Virus record (IMG/VR): IMGVR_UViG_3300026543_000028
Location: 1-40,594 of that record
DNA length: 40,594 nucleotides
Source of the DNA: a virus
Taxonomy: Duplodnaviria; Caudoviricetes
Reading direction: 5' to 3' (one strand)
Positions 7,692 through 17,138 of this stretch are shown here, in pieces (positions within the stretch are counted from its first letter, which is position 1; each line of letters starts with the position of its first letter). The translations under genes and the position numbers were made by a program. Under the pieces are notes generated by a model. It saw only the letters and a list, made by a program, of their open reading frames with translations. It was not told where the DNA came from and did no database searches.

Positions 7692-7831
7692 TAGGCTAAC
7701 GTCCCGTACAGAGGCTTAAAACCGCTAATTCGGAGGGGGGGGGTAGCAGGTCTGGGAGAGTCGGTAAAGGGCTGGTGTATATAAAGCAGGACACCTCCCT
7801 CACGTAAATTTATTATTTTTTTGGAAACAAT

Positions 7832-8032
7832 ATGGCTATTTGTGTTGAGTGTGATGATGAAGAGTCTGGTTTCTGTTGTAATGGTACTTGTAGGAGGGTT
7901 CAGTGTCCTGTCTGTTATAGTTGTGATGCTGAGGCTGGTAGAGGAAGGAAGTTGATAAAGGGGTATTGTGTTCCTTGTCTTGCTGAATTGGCTGAGGGTT
8001 TTGCGAAAGGTTCGCGTCCTTCTTCGTATTAG
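7832..8032 (+). CDS. Cys-rich zinc-ribbon protein
   Basis: CVEC, CNGTC, CPVC and CVPC motifs. Confidence 0.55.
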   Translation: MAICVECDDEESGFCCNGTCRRVQCPVCYSCDAEAGRGRKLIKGYCVPCLAELAEGFAKGSRPSSY

Positions 8033-8150
8033 TTGTTATTCGTGGGTGTGTTGTCCTGCTGAGTTTAGATAGTGGTTTAAACCTGCTAGGCGCAGATATT
8101 GGGCAGCACCCCCTTCGAATAGTAATTTAGTATAGCATATTGGAGTAATT

Positions 8151-8627
8151 ATGGGTGTATGGAACGGTGATCCAAAGAATCATGCTAAGGGTAGTGGTAA
8201 TGGTGCGCCTATGGGTAATGATAATCACAGTAGGACCAGGCCTTGGAAGGATGCTATTAACCGGGCTTTGAGTAAGAAGGGTAAGTGTGAAAGGGCGGAG
8301 GAGTTATACTTGATTGCGCGTGAGGTGGTAGAATGCGCGCAGGATAGGACTAATGAAAACTTCCAGTATGCAGTTAAAGAGATAGGATTGAGGTTGGATG
8401 GGAAGCCCACAGAACATATCGATGTTACAAGTGTTACCGCAGCAGCTCTCGGAATATCCGCAGCTCTTAAGCAACTTAGCGAACTTACCGGAAGAGGCGA
8501 GGTTATCGACGGAGAGATTATTATGCCGGATAGATCTTTACTTCCTGCTGAGGTATGCGCTGAAGAGGGAGGACATCGAGAGGGAGTGGATATTCCAGCG
8601 ATGTCGGGAGATACAAGAGAACCCTAA
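8151..8627 (+). CDS. terS: Terminase small subunit
   Basis: GAPMGNDN N-terminal motif and RLDGKP; GGAG RBS; directly upstream of terL. Confidence 0.7.
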   Translation: MGVWNGDPKNHAKGSGNGAPMGNDNHSRTRPWKDAINRALSKKGKCERAEELYLIAREVVECAQDRTNENFQYAVKEIGLRLDGKPTEHIDVTSVTAAALGISAALKQLSELTGRGEVIDGEIIMPDRSLLPAEVCAEEGGHREGVDIPAMSGDTREP

Positions 8628-9951
8628 CGGCTACATTGACATATGGGCAAGAGAGCATTTTAAATCGAGCATCATCACTTTTGCCAAAACTATTCAAGAT
8701 ATTCTCGCTAGTCATGGTGAGGAACCTTTACCTGAGTGGAAGGGACGTGAGGTCACTGTAGGTATTTTCTCTTTTAACCGCCCTTCTGCTAAGAAGTTTC
8801 TACGTCAGATCAAAGTTGAATTTGAAACCAATGCCGAATTAAAACAATTATTCCCTGATATATTATACGCCGATCCTAAGAAAGAAGCCCCCAAATGGTC
8901 TGAAGATGACGGACTTGTCGTAAAGCGTAAGTCGAATCCCCGTGAAAGCACTGTAGAGGCATCAGGGTTGGTAGATGGTCAACCTACGGGTATGCATTAT
9001 TTGCTAAGGGTCTATGATGATGTTGTTACCCTGGAAAGTGCGCGTAGTGCTGATATGGTGAAGAAAACCACTCAGGCATGGGGTTTATCCCTGAGTCTTG
9101 GGGCTGAGGGAGGGTTTATGCGTATTGTCGGCACGTTTTACGCTGATGGAGATACCTATTCTAATATTATTGATCGTAGTGCCGCCAAACCTCGACTTTA
9201 TCCTGCCACAGATGACGGGAAGTCTGCGGGTAAGCCTGTTTTATTCTCCCAAGAATACCTAGATTCAAAGAAATTCGCCGGGATATATGACTTCTCATGT
9301 CAATACTTGTGTGATCCTATTCCTGATGACAATGCTTATTTCACGCAAGATGATTTTAAGTGGTACGACACACCCCCTGAACACTTGAGAAAATATGGTG
9401 CGTCTGATTATGCCGTGACTGAAGGTGACGGTGACTTTACTGAATTGGGGATCTGCGGGGTTGATGAGAACGACGACATCTACATTTTGGACTGGTGGCA
9501 CGGTCAAAAGACAGCCGATGTGTGGATTGATGAGCAGTTAAAATTAGCCAATCGACATAAACCCATGATGTGGGCTGCTGAAGGTGGGGTTATTCGAAGG
9601 GCTATTGAGCCTTTTTTAACCAAAAGGATGAGGGAGAAGAAAGAATACTTTGTCTGTGAGTGGATGCCGGCTATTGCTGACAAACCGACTAATTGTAAGT
9701 CTTTTCAAGCCAGGGCGAGGATGGGAATGGTGTATTTACCCCGCAATACGCCGTGGGCTGATGATTTAGTCAGTCAATTAACCCGTTTTCCTAAAGGCAA
9801 ACACGATGACATTGTGGACGTTTGTGGATTATTTGGTAGAATGCTCGATAATATGCACGGCGCTGTCATTCCTCAAAAAACTGAACTAAAGTTAGTTACC
9901 GATGATTACGGAATCGATGAAGATGATGAAGAAGACTGGAAAACAGGATAA
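8398..9951 (+). CDS. terL: Terminase large subunit (start 8398 or 8422)
   Basis: Walker A-like AREHFKS, Walker B LRVYDD, nuclease motifs ASDYA and HDDIVD. Confidence 0.92.
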   Translation: MGSPQNISMLQVLPQQLSEYPQLLSNLANLPEEARLSTERLLCRIDLYFLLRYALKREDIEREWIFQRCREIQENPNGYIDIWAREHFKSSIITFAKTIQDILASHGEEPLPEWKGREVTVGIFSFNRPSAKKFLRQIKVEFETNAELKQLFPDILYADPKKEAPKWSEDDGLVVKRKSNPRESTVEASGLVDGQPTGMHYLLRVYDDVVTLESARSADMVKKTTQAWGLSLSLGAEGGFMRIVGTFYADGDTYSNIIDRSAAKPRLYPATDDGKSAGKPVLFSQEYLDSKKFAGIYDFSCQYLCDPIPDDNAYFTQDDFKWYDTPPEHLRKYGASDYAVTEGDGDFTELGICGVDENDDIYILDWWHGQKTADVWIDEQLKLANRHKPMMWAAEGGVIRRAIEPFLTKRMREKKEYFVCEWMPAIADKPTNCKSFQARARMGMVYLPRNTPWADDLVSQLTRFPKGKHDDIVDVCGLFGRMLDNMHGAVIPQKTELKLVTDDYGIDEDDEEDWKTG

Positions 9952-9954
9952 TCA

Positions 9955-11811
9955 ATGGCACGCCTAAGCCCTAAAGAACAAGTAGAGAGTTTTCTAGACG
10001 ACACAGACCGTGCCCGCGATCTTTCTCAACGGTCGAGAGATTATTACGACGGCAATCAATGGTCTGGTTTTGAAGTTGAAAAGTTAAGACACCGCCGCCA
10101 AGCCCCTATAGTCGTTAATCGTATACGTCCTAAAGTCGAAGGCTTAGTAGGATTGTACAATTTACGCAAGACTGACCCTAAAGCCTTTCCCAGAACCAAA
10201 AAGCACGAAGAAGCGGCCCATGTAGTCACTGATGCGTTACGTTTCGTAACAAGCAACAATGATTTTGAGTTAACTCGACTAGATGTGGCTGAAGAATTCT
10301 TTGTAGAAGGCTATGGCGGGGTGTTTATTGCTGTTAAGCAGACGCCTCGTGGCATTGAAATTCAACTTAATCATATTCCGTGGGACAGAATCTATTTTGA
10401 TCCGCATTCACGAAGGAAAGATTTTAAAGATGCTCGGTTTATGGGTATGTGGATGTGGATGGATGAAGACCAGGCGATGGATACCTTCAATCTCAGTCTG
10501 GAAAAGGTTCAGGAATTACAGCGAACCACTTCTGATGCTGAGAACACCACCGAAGACCGCCCAAGGTGGACAGGTACGGCTAGAGAGCATCGAGTCAGGG
10601 TAGCGATACACTTTCACATCGAAAAGAATAAGTGGAAGATGACTATCTTTTCCGGTGAGACGACTATTCGAAAAACCCAAGATTCACCTTTTGTAGATGA
10701 GGATGGGATTCCTATTAACCCTATTGAATTAGTTTCTGCCAACATTGATCGAAATAACAACCGATACGGCGAAGTGGCGGGCTTTCTAAGTCAACAGGAC
10801 GAAATCAACCATCGAAGGAGTAAGTTTTTACACTTTAACTCTTCACGACAGACTTTCGGTAATCAGAATGCCATCCAAGATGTCAAGGCGGCGAAATTCG
10901 AACTCAGCAAGCCTGATGGACATTTGGAAATTCTAGCAGGGGCACAGTTTGGGAAAGATTTCGGCCTTATAGGCACTCAGGATTTATCGGTTGCACAGTT
11001 TAATTTGTATTTAGATGCTAAAGCAGAGATGGATTCGGTTTCTTTCAACGCGCAGTTAGCAGGAGAACGTCAGTCAGGAGAACTTTCAGGCAAGGCCATA
11101 GGGAAACTTCAAGAAGCCGGCACGATTGAACTAAACCGCCAGTACGCCCTTCTAGGTGGATGGGAGAAGCGTGTCTACGATCAAATATGGTTCAGAGTGA
11201 AACAATTCTGGGATGAAGAGAAATGGATACGTGTCACTGATGACCAAGATAACCTGCGGTGGGTAGGACTTAATTCTCAAGTCACTGCTGAGACCCTGTT
11301 AACAGAAAACATGGAAGATGAATCCGCTCCTCTTGAGTCTAGACAGCAATCAGCCCAAATACTTCAATTACTGGTCCAGACTGAAAACCCCCGTTTACAG
11401 GAAGTGGTTGAAACACGTAATCAACCTGCTGAATTGGATGTAGATATTATTATCGAACAGTCTTTTGACGTAATTAATATCCAACAAGAACAGTTTGAAA
11501 TGCTCATGCAGTTTGGTGATAAGAGCGGTGTTAGTTTCATTGATCTGATTGAACTCTCGCAAATACGTGGAAAAGATGATTTAATTGCCAAAATTGAACA
11601 AAGACAGCAACAAGCACAAGCAACTCCAGAAGCGCAACAAGCCGCGCAATTGGAAATTGCTGAGAAAACCGTAGACATAGGTAAGACTCAAGCCGAGACA
11701 GAGAATATTAAAGCGGATACGGTTGGTAAGAGCATTACAGCAGTCAGTGAGCAGTTACAGGCTATTAATTTGCAAAATGCACCAGACAGCGAAGTGCAGG
11801 TAAATCTCTAA
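9955..11811 (+). CDS. P22-like portal protein
   Basis: DYYDGNQW...VVNRIRPKV...QDEINHRRS; follows terL. Confidence 0.9.
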   Translation: MARLSPKEQVESFLDDTDRARDLSQRSRDYYDGNQWSGFEVEKLRHRRQAPIVVNRIRPKVEGLVGLYNLRKTDPKAFPRTKKHEEAAHVVTDALRFVTSNNDFELTRLDVAEEFFVEGYGGVFIAVKQTPRGIEIQLNHIPWDRIYFDPHSRRKDFKDARFMGMWMWMDEDQAMDTFNLSLEKVQELQRTTSDAENTTEDRPRWTGTAREHRVRVAIHFHIEKNKWKMTIFSGETTIRKTQDSPFVDEDGIPINPIELVSANIDRNNNRYGEVAGFLSQQDEINHRRSKFLHFNSSRQTFGNQNAIQDVKAAKFELSKPDGHLEILAGAQFGKDFGLIGTQDLSVAQFNLYLDAKAEMDSVSFNAQLAGERQSGELSGKAIGKLQEAGTIELNRQYALLGGWEKRVYDQIWFRVKQFWDEEKWIRVTDDQDNLRWVGLNSQVTAETLLTENMEDESAPLESRQQSAQILQLLVQTENPRLQEVVETRNQPAELDVDIIIEQSFDVINIQQEQFEMLMQFGDKSGVSFIDLIELSQIRGKDDLIAKIEQRQQQAQATPEAQQAAQLEIAEKTVDIGKTQAETENIKADTVGKSITAVSEQLQAINLQNAPDSEVQVNL

Positions 11812-11993
11812 TGTTGGATTTAACCGAAGCCAGAAGAAGGAACATGAAAACCGAGATATTGGTTGAGAAAGAAGGTGATCTGACTTGCATAATTCTAGAG
11901 ATACACGATAAAGGAAAGTTAAAAGTAAGGGATTGCAGGAAATATGACGATAACGACATAGCAATCTTGAAAGAGAAGTTGAACAGTATTTAA
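11811..11993 (+). CDS. Hypothetical protein
   Basis: TAATG coupling; internal ATG with GAAGGA RBS. Confidence 0.55.
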   Translation: MLDLTEARRRNMKTEILVEKEGDLTCIILEIHDKGKLKVRDCRKYDDNDIAILKEKLNSI

Positions 11994-11997
11994 GCAG

Positions 11998-12055
11998 TTC
12001 CCGTCGCCGGGGAAAATCGGGTGTAAACGTGGTCGCCGCACAATTAATCGGGTGT
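11998..12055 (+). promoter_or_regulatory. Tandem RNA hairpin motif in the scaffold leader
   Basis: Two units of stem-GTCGCCG loop-stem followed by AATCGGGTGT. Confidence 0.7.
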
Positions 12056-12065
12056 TGAGTAGGAA

Positions 12066-12809
12066 ATGATGGCTGAAGAAAAAGATGATGTTTTCAATGA
12101 AGTTGAAACGGAAGTAGAGACAGAAAAGGGCGCAGAGGAAGAAGCTAAGGAAGAACCTGAAGCGAAAGCCGAAGAGGAATCTAAGGAAGAAACCAAAGAG
12201 GAGTCGCCAGCCTCAGAAAACGTTAGCAAATCTGAAGCCGGACTAGTGGCAACAGCACAAGCAGAAAGACTAAGACGGCAGGATGCCGAAGCGGAAAGAG
12301 ATGAACTAAAAAAGCAACTTGAAGGACAAAAGAAGGAACCGGAAGTTATTCCGGATGCTGCAACGGACCCAGATGGACATAATCGTTTTCTGGATAACAA
12401 GTTCTTTGCGCAAAAGCTGGAAATGTCTGAAGAGATGCTTGGTGATTCTCAAAGTGATTATGGCGAATTGAAAGTCGCTTTCACTAATCTTGTGTCTGAA
12501 ATTGTAGACGGAGTGGCAACGGTCAAAGACCAAGCTCTGTATAAGAATTTCAGACAGGCAAGAAGTCCCGCTAAGTTTCTCGTAGATCATATGGGAAGCC
12601 AGAGTAAGCTAACCGAAGTTTCTGACCCTGGTTACGAAAGTAAGCAGGAAGAGAAATATCGGAAAAAGTTTATTGCTGAAGCGAAGGAAAAAGGTCTTAC
12701 TGCTATGGAGTTGCCAGACTTAACCACTGAAGCGGCTGCGGGTTCTAACACTGTCTCTGTCGAATACGACGGAAAGGATGATATGTGGGACGAGCAGCCA
12801 GCAGGATAA
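12066..12809 (+). CDS. Capsid scaffolding protein
   Basis: Glu/Lys-rich N-terminus and coiled coil; between portal and capsid. Confidence 0.8.
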   Translation: MMAEEKDDVFNEVETEVETEKGAEEEAKEEPEAKAEEESKEETKEESPASENVSKSEAGLVATAQAERLRRQDAEAERDELKKQLEGQKKEPEVIPDAATDPDGHNRFLDNKFFAQKLEMSEEMLGDSQSDYGELKVAFTNLVSEIVDGVATVKDQALYKNFRQARSPAKFLVDHMGSQSKLTEVSDPGYESKQEEKYRKKFIAEAKEKGLTAMELPDLTTEAAAGSNTVSVEYDGKDDMWDEQPAG

Positions 12810-12812
12810 CAC

Positions 12813-13982
12813 ATGGCACAAACCACGGTATCGGACGCCAATAAGGTAACGATCTTCCAAAAGGAAGTTCGCCGAGAATATGTACGAGATGGACGATTCG
12901 GGCCTTATATTGGCAACGATATAAACTCAGTAATTCAAACTAACCAAGACCTACGTAAACATTCTATCCCTTTGGTTGCAAAACTAAGTGGTGGGGGTGT
13001 TACTGCGTCTGAACAATTAAGCGGCAACGAAGAGCCATTAAACAACTTCGAAATGCCGTTCACTCCGAGTTATGACCGTAATGCAACTACGGTAGATAAC
13101 GAGGAAAACGAAAAGTCGATGTTCAGTCTTTTCAAAGAAGCTCGCCCAGCTCTGATGAACTGGATGATGGAGCTTAAACGCGACAAGATCATCCAATCAA
13201 TGGGTGCAATCTCTGTAGCGACCTCAGGTGCGCCTCTTAACTACGGCGGTACTAAAGGTGCTTTCGGTTCCACAGCGGCCACAGCAGGCAACATGGATAC
13301 CTGGAACACCAATAACCAAGACCGGGTTGTGTATGGTAAGTTGATCAGCAATAACACATCAGGCAACCATACAACCTCTCTATCATCCATCGACACAACC
13401 GATGACAAAATGACGGCTAATCTAGTCACCCTTCTGAAAAGACGGGCTGGACTGGCTAATCCGTTGATTCGTCCGATTATGTTAAAGGCTGATGAGCCCT
13501 GGTATGTGTTGTTTCTTGGTTCACTCGCTTTTAGGGATCTGAACGAAGACTCCACTATCCAGCAAGCTAACCGCGAAGCTCGGTCCAGGGGTGTTAATAC
13601 CGGCAATCCGATCTTTGTCGGTGGCGACCTTCTGTATAACTCCGTAATCATTCGTGAGATTCCTGAAATCGATATCTTTATTGATGGCGATGGTACAGGC
13701 TCTCCGTGGGATGGTGTCTGGGGTGCTGGTGCAGCCTCTGGAGACGGTCTTGATAACGGTGGTAATGCTGGGTCAAGGGTTGGCATAGGCTTCTTCTGTG
13801 GAGCCCAGGCGACTACTTTTGGTCGTGGTAAAAACACTCGATTTACTCGTAAGAAAGAAGATGATTACGACTTTCAGAACGGGGTTGGTGTTGAAGCCAA
13901 GCACGATTTCATTAAGAACTTCTATAATCTGAAGCAGCATGGAATGATTACTACTTTCCATAGTGCTTCTGCTGATGCGTAA
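12813..13982 (+). CDS. Major capsid protein (DUF4043 / N4-gp56 type)
   Basis: LVAKLSGGGV...LSGNEEPL, NPIFVGGDLLYNSVIIRE, FFCGAQA, DDYDFQNGVGV motifs. Confidence 0.88.
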   Translation: MAQTTVSDANKVTIFQKEVRREYVRDGRFGPYIGNDINSVIQTNQDLRKHSIPLVAKLSGGGVTASEQLSGNEEPLNNFEMPFTPSYDRNATTVDNEENEKSMFSLFKEARPALMNWMMELKRDKIIQSMGAISVATSGAPLNYGGTKGAFGSTAATAGNMDTWNTNNQDRVVYGKLISNNTSGNHTTSLSSIDTTDDKMTANLVTLLKRRAGLANPLIRPIMLKADEPWYVLFLGSLAFRDLNEDSTIQQANREARSRGVNTGNPIFVGGDLLYNSVIIREIPEIDIFIDGDGTGSPWDGVWGAGAASGDGLDNGGNAGSRVGIGFFCGAQATTFGRGKNTRFTRKKEDDYDFQNGVGVEAKHDFIKNFYNLKQHGMITTFHSASADA

Positions 13983-13993
13983 TAGGAGGACTT

Positions 13994-14443
13994 ATGGCTT
14001 CTCGACCATTACAAGGTGATATAACGGCTACGGGGCAGAATCAGTTTGATATTCATGCCGTGTTAGCCAATATCCAAGATCTTGTTAACGAGATGCAAAC
14101 AGACCATGGAACGTTTAAGACCACTGTTGATGCCTTGCAGGTATTAACAACTGAGCTTAGGACGGACCATGGTTCATTTGTGACGTTGACCTCTGAATTG
14201 AGAACAGATCATGGAACCTTTTTAACGCTGACCTCTGCTAATAAAGTGGCAGTTAATGCGTTAATCACTGCTGCCGGAACTACCAGCGCGTCCTTTGCGG
14301 GACTCGGAGCTGTTAGTGCTGTAGTAGCAGCAGACGTAGCCACCATCACCGCAGCAGCTGTAGCCACTATCACGGCACCAGCGGCGGCAACTGGACCGGC
14401 TGCATTAACCAATAGTACAGCGATAACCTTACTGAGGGCTTAA
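13994..14443 (+). CDS. Putative head fibre/decoration protein with three E(L/M)xTDHG repeats
   Basis: Internal repeats, Ala/Thr-rich tail; AGGAGG RBS; follows capsid. Confidence 0.6.
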   Translation: MASRPLQGDITATGQNQFDIHAVLANIQDLVNEMQTDHGTFKTTVDALQVLTTELRTDHGSFVTLTSELRTDHGTFLTLTSANKVAVNALITAAGTTSASFAGLGAVSAVVAADVATITAAAVATITAPAAATGPAALTNSTAITLLRA

Positions 14444-14445
14444 AC

Positions 14446-14940
14446 ATGGCTGACATTACATACACACAAACAGCTACAGAAAGAAAGGCAAGCCAAGGTT
14501 TGGTAGCTGGGCCTGGAGAAGCAAACAACATGAAGTATCTGACCTCCGTCGTTGAAATTCCAGCGGTGGCGTCAGGCAGTACCTTCAAGTTTATGCGGAT
14601 TCCTCGAAACGCACGTATCTCAAATCTCTCAAGAGTGTATTGGGATGATCTGAGCACTTCGGGTTCACCGACTATGGACTTCGGTCTTGCTTCGGTAAAT
14701 GCGAATATCACCTCCGATCCTGATGCTTTCTCTGCTGGTCACGACGTTACAGCAGCGGATGTAACAGGAGAGCCGTTGTTAGACCTTTTCGAGAAATCAG
14801 GCGATTTTGCTTGGGATTTCGTTAATGGTCAAACTACAGATCCTGGTGGTGAATTGGATGTTTTCGGCACTATTGTAGATGCGCTTACTTCGGGTCTTAC
14901 CGGAACGGTGATGGTCGAGCTAGCGTTCTATTTCGACTAA
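14446..14940 (+). CDS. Putative capsid cement/decoration protein
   Basis: FMRIPRNARI beta-sandwich pattern; position after capsid. Confidence 0.6.
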   Translation: MADITYTQTATERKASQGLVAGPGEANNMKYLTSVVEIPAVASGSTFKFMRIPRNARISNLSRVYWDDLSTSGSPTMDFGLASVNANITSDPDAFSAGHDVTAADVTGEPLLDLFEKSGDFAWDFVNGQTTDPGGELDVFGTIVDALTSGLTGTVMVELAFYFD

Positions 14941-15869
14941 TGCTGCAACACTCTGAGGTTAGGTATGAGGTTACGGACAAATGTAATGCGAATTGTATTA
15001 TGTGCCCCCGTGATCTTCATACCCGCCCTCACGGGATTATGGACCAGCAGAAGTACGAAAGATCGATAGATGAAGTCTCTGAATTAGGCTGTACCCAGGT
15101 CACTTTAACGGGATTTGGGGAGCCTTTTTTGGATAAGAATCTTGAAAAGAAAATAGCTTATGCTAAATCAAAAGGACTTAGGACTTATGTTATAACGAAC
15201 GCATCTTTACTTCACAAGAGAGGGCAATCTATTGCAGATTCAGGTCTTGATGAATTAAGGATCAGTTTTTATGGCATGAGTTCTGAGACTTATAACGAGA
15301 TAATGCAAAAGCTGGACTTTAATCGGTCCAAGAAAGGGATTTTAGAATTTCTGGAAGTACGTGGCGACACGAAGGTAATGATTTCCTATTTACAGTTTTT
15401 AGGAAATGAGCATTACAGTGAGTTCCTGGACTTTTGGGAGCATAGAGTTGATTCGGTCGAGGTCTGGAAACCACATAATTTTAGTTCAGGAAGGCACTAT
15501 AGGCCGCTGAACGGGATTAAAACGAGTTGCGGTCGGCCAAGCAATGGGCCATTACAAATTCAGTGGGACGGCATAGTTGTCCCTTGTTGCTACGATTTTG
15601 ATTCGATTATAAAGCTTGGAAATGCCTTCGACACTCCAGTCATGGAAGTGCTTCACGGCAAGAAGTATAATAAATTACGAAAGGCCCATAAGAAAGGGGA
15701 TTTTCAGAAGTTTGCTCTCTGCAATGGGTGTGACCAACTAATAAAACATGATGACGCGCTCATTTACACGAATAGGCATAATTTGCCAAATAGCGAAGCA
15801 GTAAAACTAAGCAATACTGATCTCACCAATATTAAAGACAGGATACCCACAGTTGAAAAATTTGGTTAG
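14940..15869 (+). CDS. Radical SAM protein with SPASM/twitch domain
   Basis: CNANCIMC (CxxxCxxC), GFGEPFL, ITNA, C-terminal C...DGIVVPCC...LGN...CNGC. Confidence 0.92.
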   Translation: MLQHSEVRYEVTDKCNANCIMCPRDLHTRPHGIMDQQKYERSIDEVSELGCTQVTLTGFGEPFLDKNLEKKIAYAKSKGLRTYVITNASLLHKRGQSIADSGLDELRISFYGMSSETYNEIMQKLDFNRSKKGILEFLEVRGDTKVMISYLQFLGNEHYSEFLDFWEHRVDSVEVWKPHNFSSGRHYRPLNGIKTSCGRPSNGPLQIQWDGIVVPCCYDFDSIIKLGNAFDTPVMEVLHGKKYNKLRKAHKKGDFQKFALCNGCDQLIKHDDALIYTNRHNLPNSEAVKLSNTDLTNIKDRIPTVEKFG

Positions 15870-16341
15870 CTTGGAAAGGTTGAAAGAAGTTTTTGAATAT
15901 TGCCCTGAAACTGGGATATTCACTCGCCTTGTGGCGACAGCCCACAGAGTCAAGGTTGGAGAAATCGCTGGATCTAAGATGAATACAGGCTATTTGGCAA
16001 TGCACATTGATAGAACCCTTTATCTGGCACACCGATTAGCATGGCTCTACATTCATGGTATATGGCCTAACGAAATAGACCACATAAATGGCGACAGAAC
16101 AGATAACAGAATTTCAAATCTCCGAGATATAGACCGCTCTATAAATAGCCAAAATCTCAGGACGTCAAAGTCTCACAGCAAAACAGGTTTCCTCGGCGTT
16201 TACCCTAGCGCGAAAAGATTTGCCGCTATGATCACAGTCAGAGGTAAAAGACATTGGCTTGGAAGGCACGACACGCCCGAAGAAGCACACCAAGTTTACT
16301 TAAAAGCCAAAAGAAAAATGCATGAGGGATGCACAATATGA
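15853..16341 (+). CDS. HNH homing endonuclease with AP2-like C-terminus
   Basis: YLAHRLAWLY...IDHINGDRTDNRISNLR...SKTGFLGV...LGRHDTPEEAH. Confidence 0.92.
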   Translation: MKNLVSLERLKEVFEYCPETGIFTRLVATAHRVKVGEIAGSKMNTGYLAMHIDRTLYLAHRLAWLYIHGIWPNEIDHINGDRTDNRISNLRDIDRSINSQNLRTSKSHSKTGFLGVYPSAKRFAAMITVRGKRHWLGRHDTPEEAHQVYLKAKRKMHEGCTI

Positions 16342-17138
16342 GCGAGGTTACCAATTTAAAGGAAGTTCCCGCACTTAAGGTGAAGCGCAAGATAGCCATA
16401 GTAGGCGGGGCGAAGTCGTGGGTAAACGCGCCATTTGAGGATAAAGAATGGGAGATATGGGTCATTGGGAACCAGGTAAACCAATACGATAACAAAAGAG
16501 TGGATCTGATTTTTGAAATACACAATGATTTTTCCAATCGTCCCGAAGGATATTCACATTGGCTAACGGCTTTTGAGTTTAATATGGTTGTAGGTGAGGA
16601 ATTCCCTCACGAAGGCGACTTAATAGAGACTTTCGACTTCAAGAAATCCAATGAAATGATGGGAGGGGACCACTTAACCTCAACACCGTCTTACATGACG
16701 GCCTACGCCTTATATGCCCGTCCTGATGTTGAAGAGATTGGGTACTGGGGCGTTGACATGGCGGTCGATGATCAAGAGTACTTCTATGAACAACCTTGTC
16801 TACAAAGATGGATAGGATTTTGTAGAGGCAGGGGGATTACTGTAACTCTTCCTGAGGGATGTCCGTTGGGATCGCCTGACTACATGGAAGGGGTTACTGG
16901 GAATAAACCAGAGCCGAAACCGCCTTATTCAGAGAAAGATTTTCTTGACCTGGCTAACGAGCATAAAATTTGTTACGAAAGATGTGTTAAAGAAATAGGT
17001 GTATTAGAACTTAACAAAGCCCAACACAATGGTGCTAAGCAGATTTATGAGAAACTTGCTCAAGTCGGCAGAGCTACTGACGCGGGGCAGCACTTTGGCA
17101 GTTTATTACAAACCTTGAGGACATTGCAAAATGGCTAA
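16338..17138 (+). CDS. Rossmann-like putative transferase (DUF115/MptE- or sialyltransferase-like fold)
   Basis: KIAIVGG, WEIWVIGN, FEIH and EEIGYWGVDM motifs; ATGA overlap. Confidence 0.55.
   Translation: MSEVTNLKEVPALKVKRKIAIVGGAKSWVNAPFEDKEWEIWVIGNQVNQYDNKRVDLIFEIHNDFSNRPEGYSHWLTAFEFNMVVGEEFPHEGDLIETFDFKKSNEMMGGDHLTSTPSYMTAYALYARPDVEEIGYWGVDMAVDDQEYFYEQPCLQRWIGFCRGRGITVTLPEGCPLGSPDYMEGVTGNKPEPKPPYSEKDFLDLANEHKICYERCVKEIGVLELNKAQHNGAKQIYEKLAQVGRATDAGQHFGSLLQTLRTLQNG

Noticed and set aside
13241-13837. 198-aa minus-strand ORF
   Set aside because: Antisense to the major capsid gene; Pro/Ser-rich shadow of Gly codons
14940-15869. QueE-type 7-deazaguanine DNA modification pathway
   Set aside because: No folE, queC, queD or dpdA-like genes, and the SPASM-type C-terminus does not fit QueE
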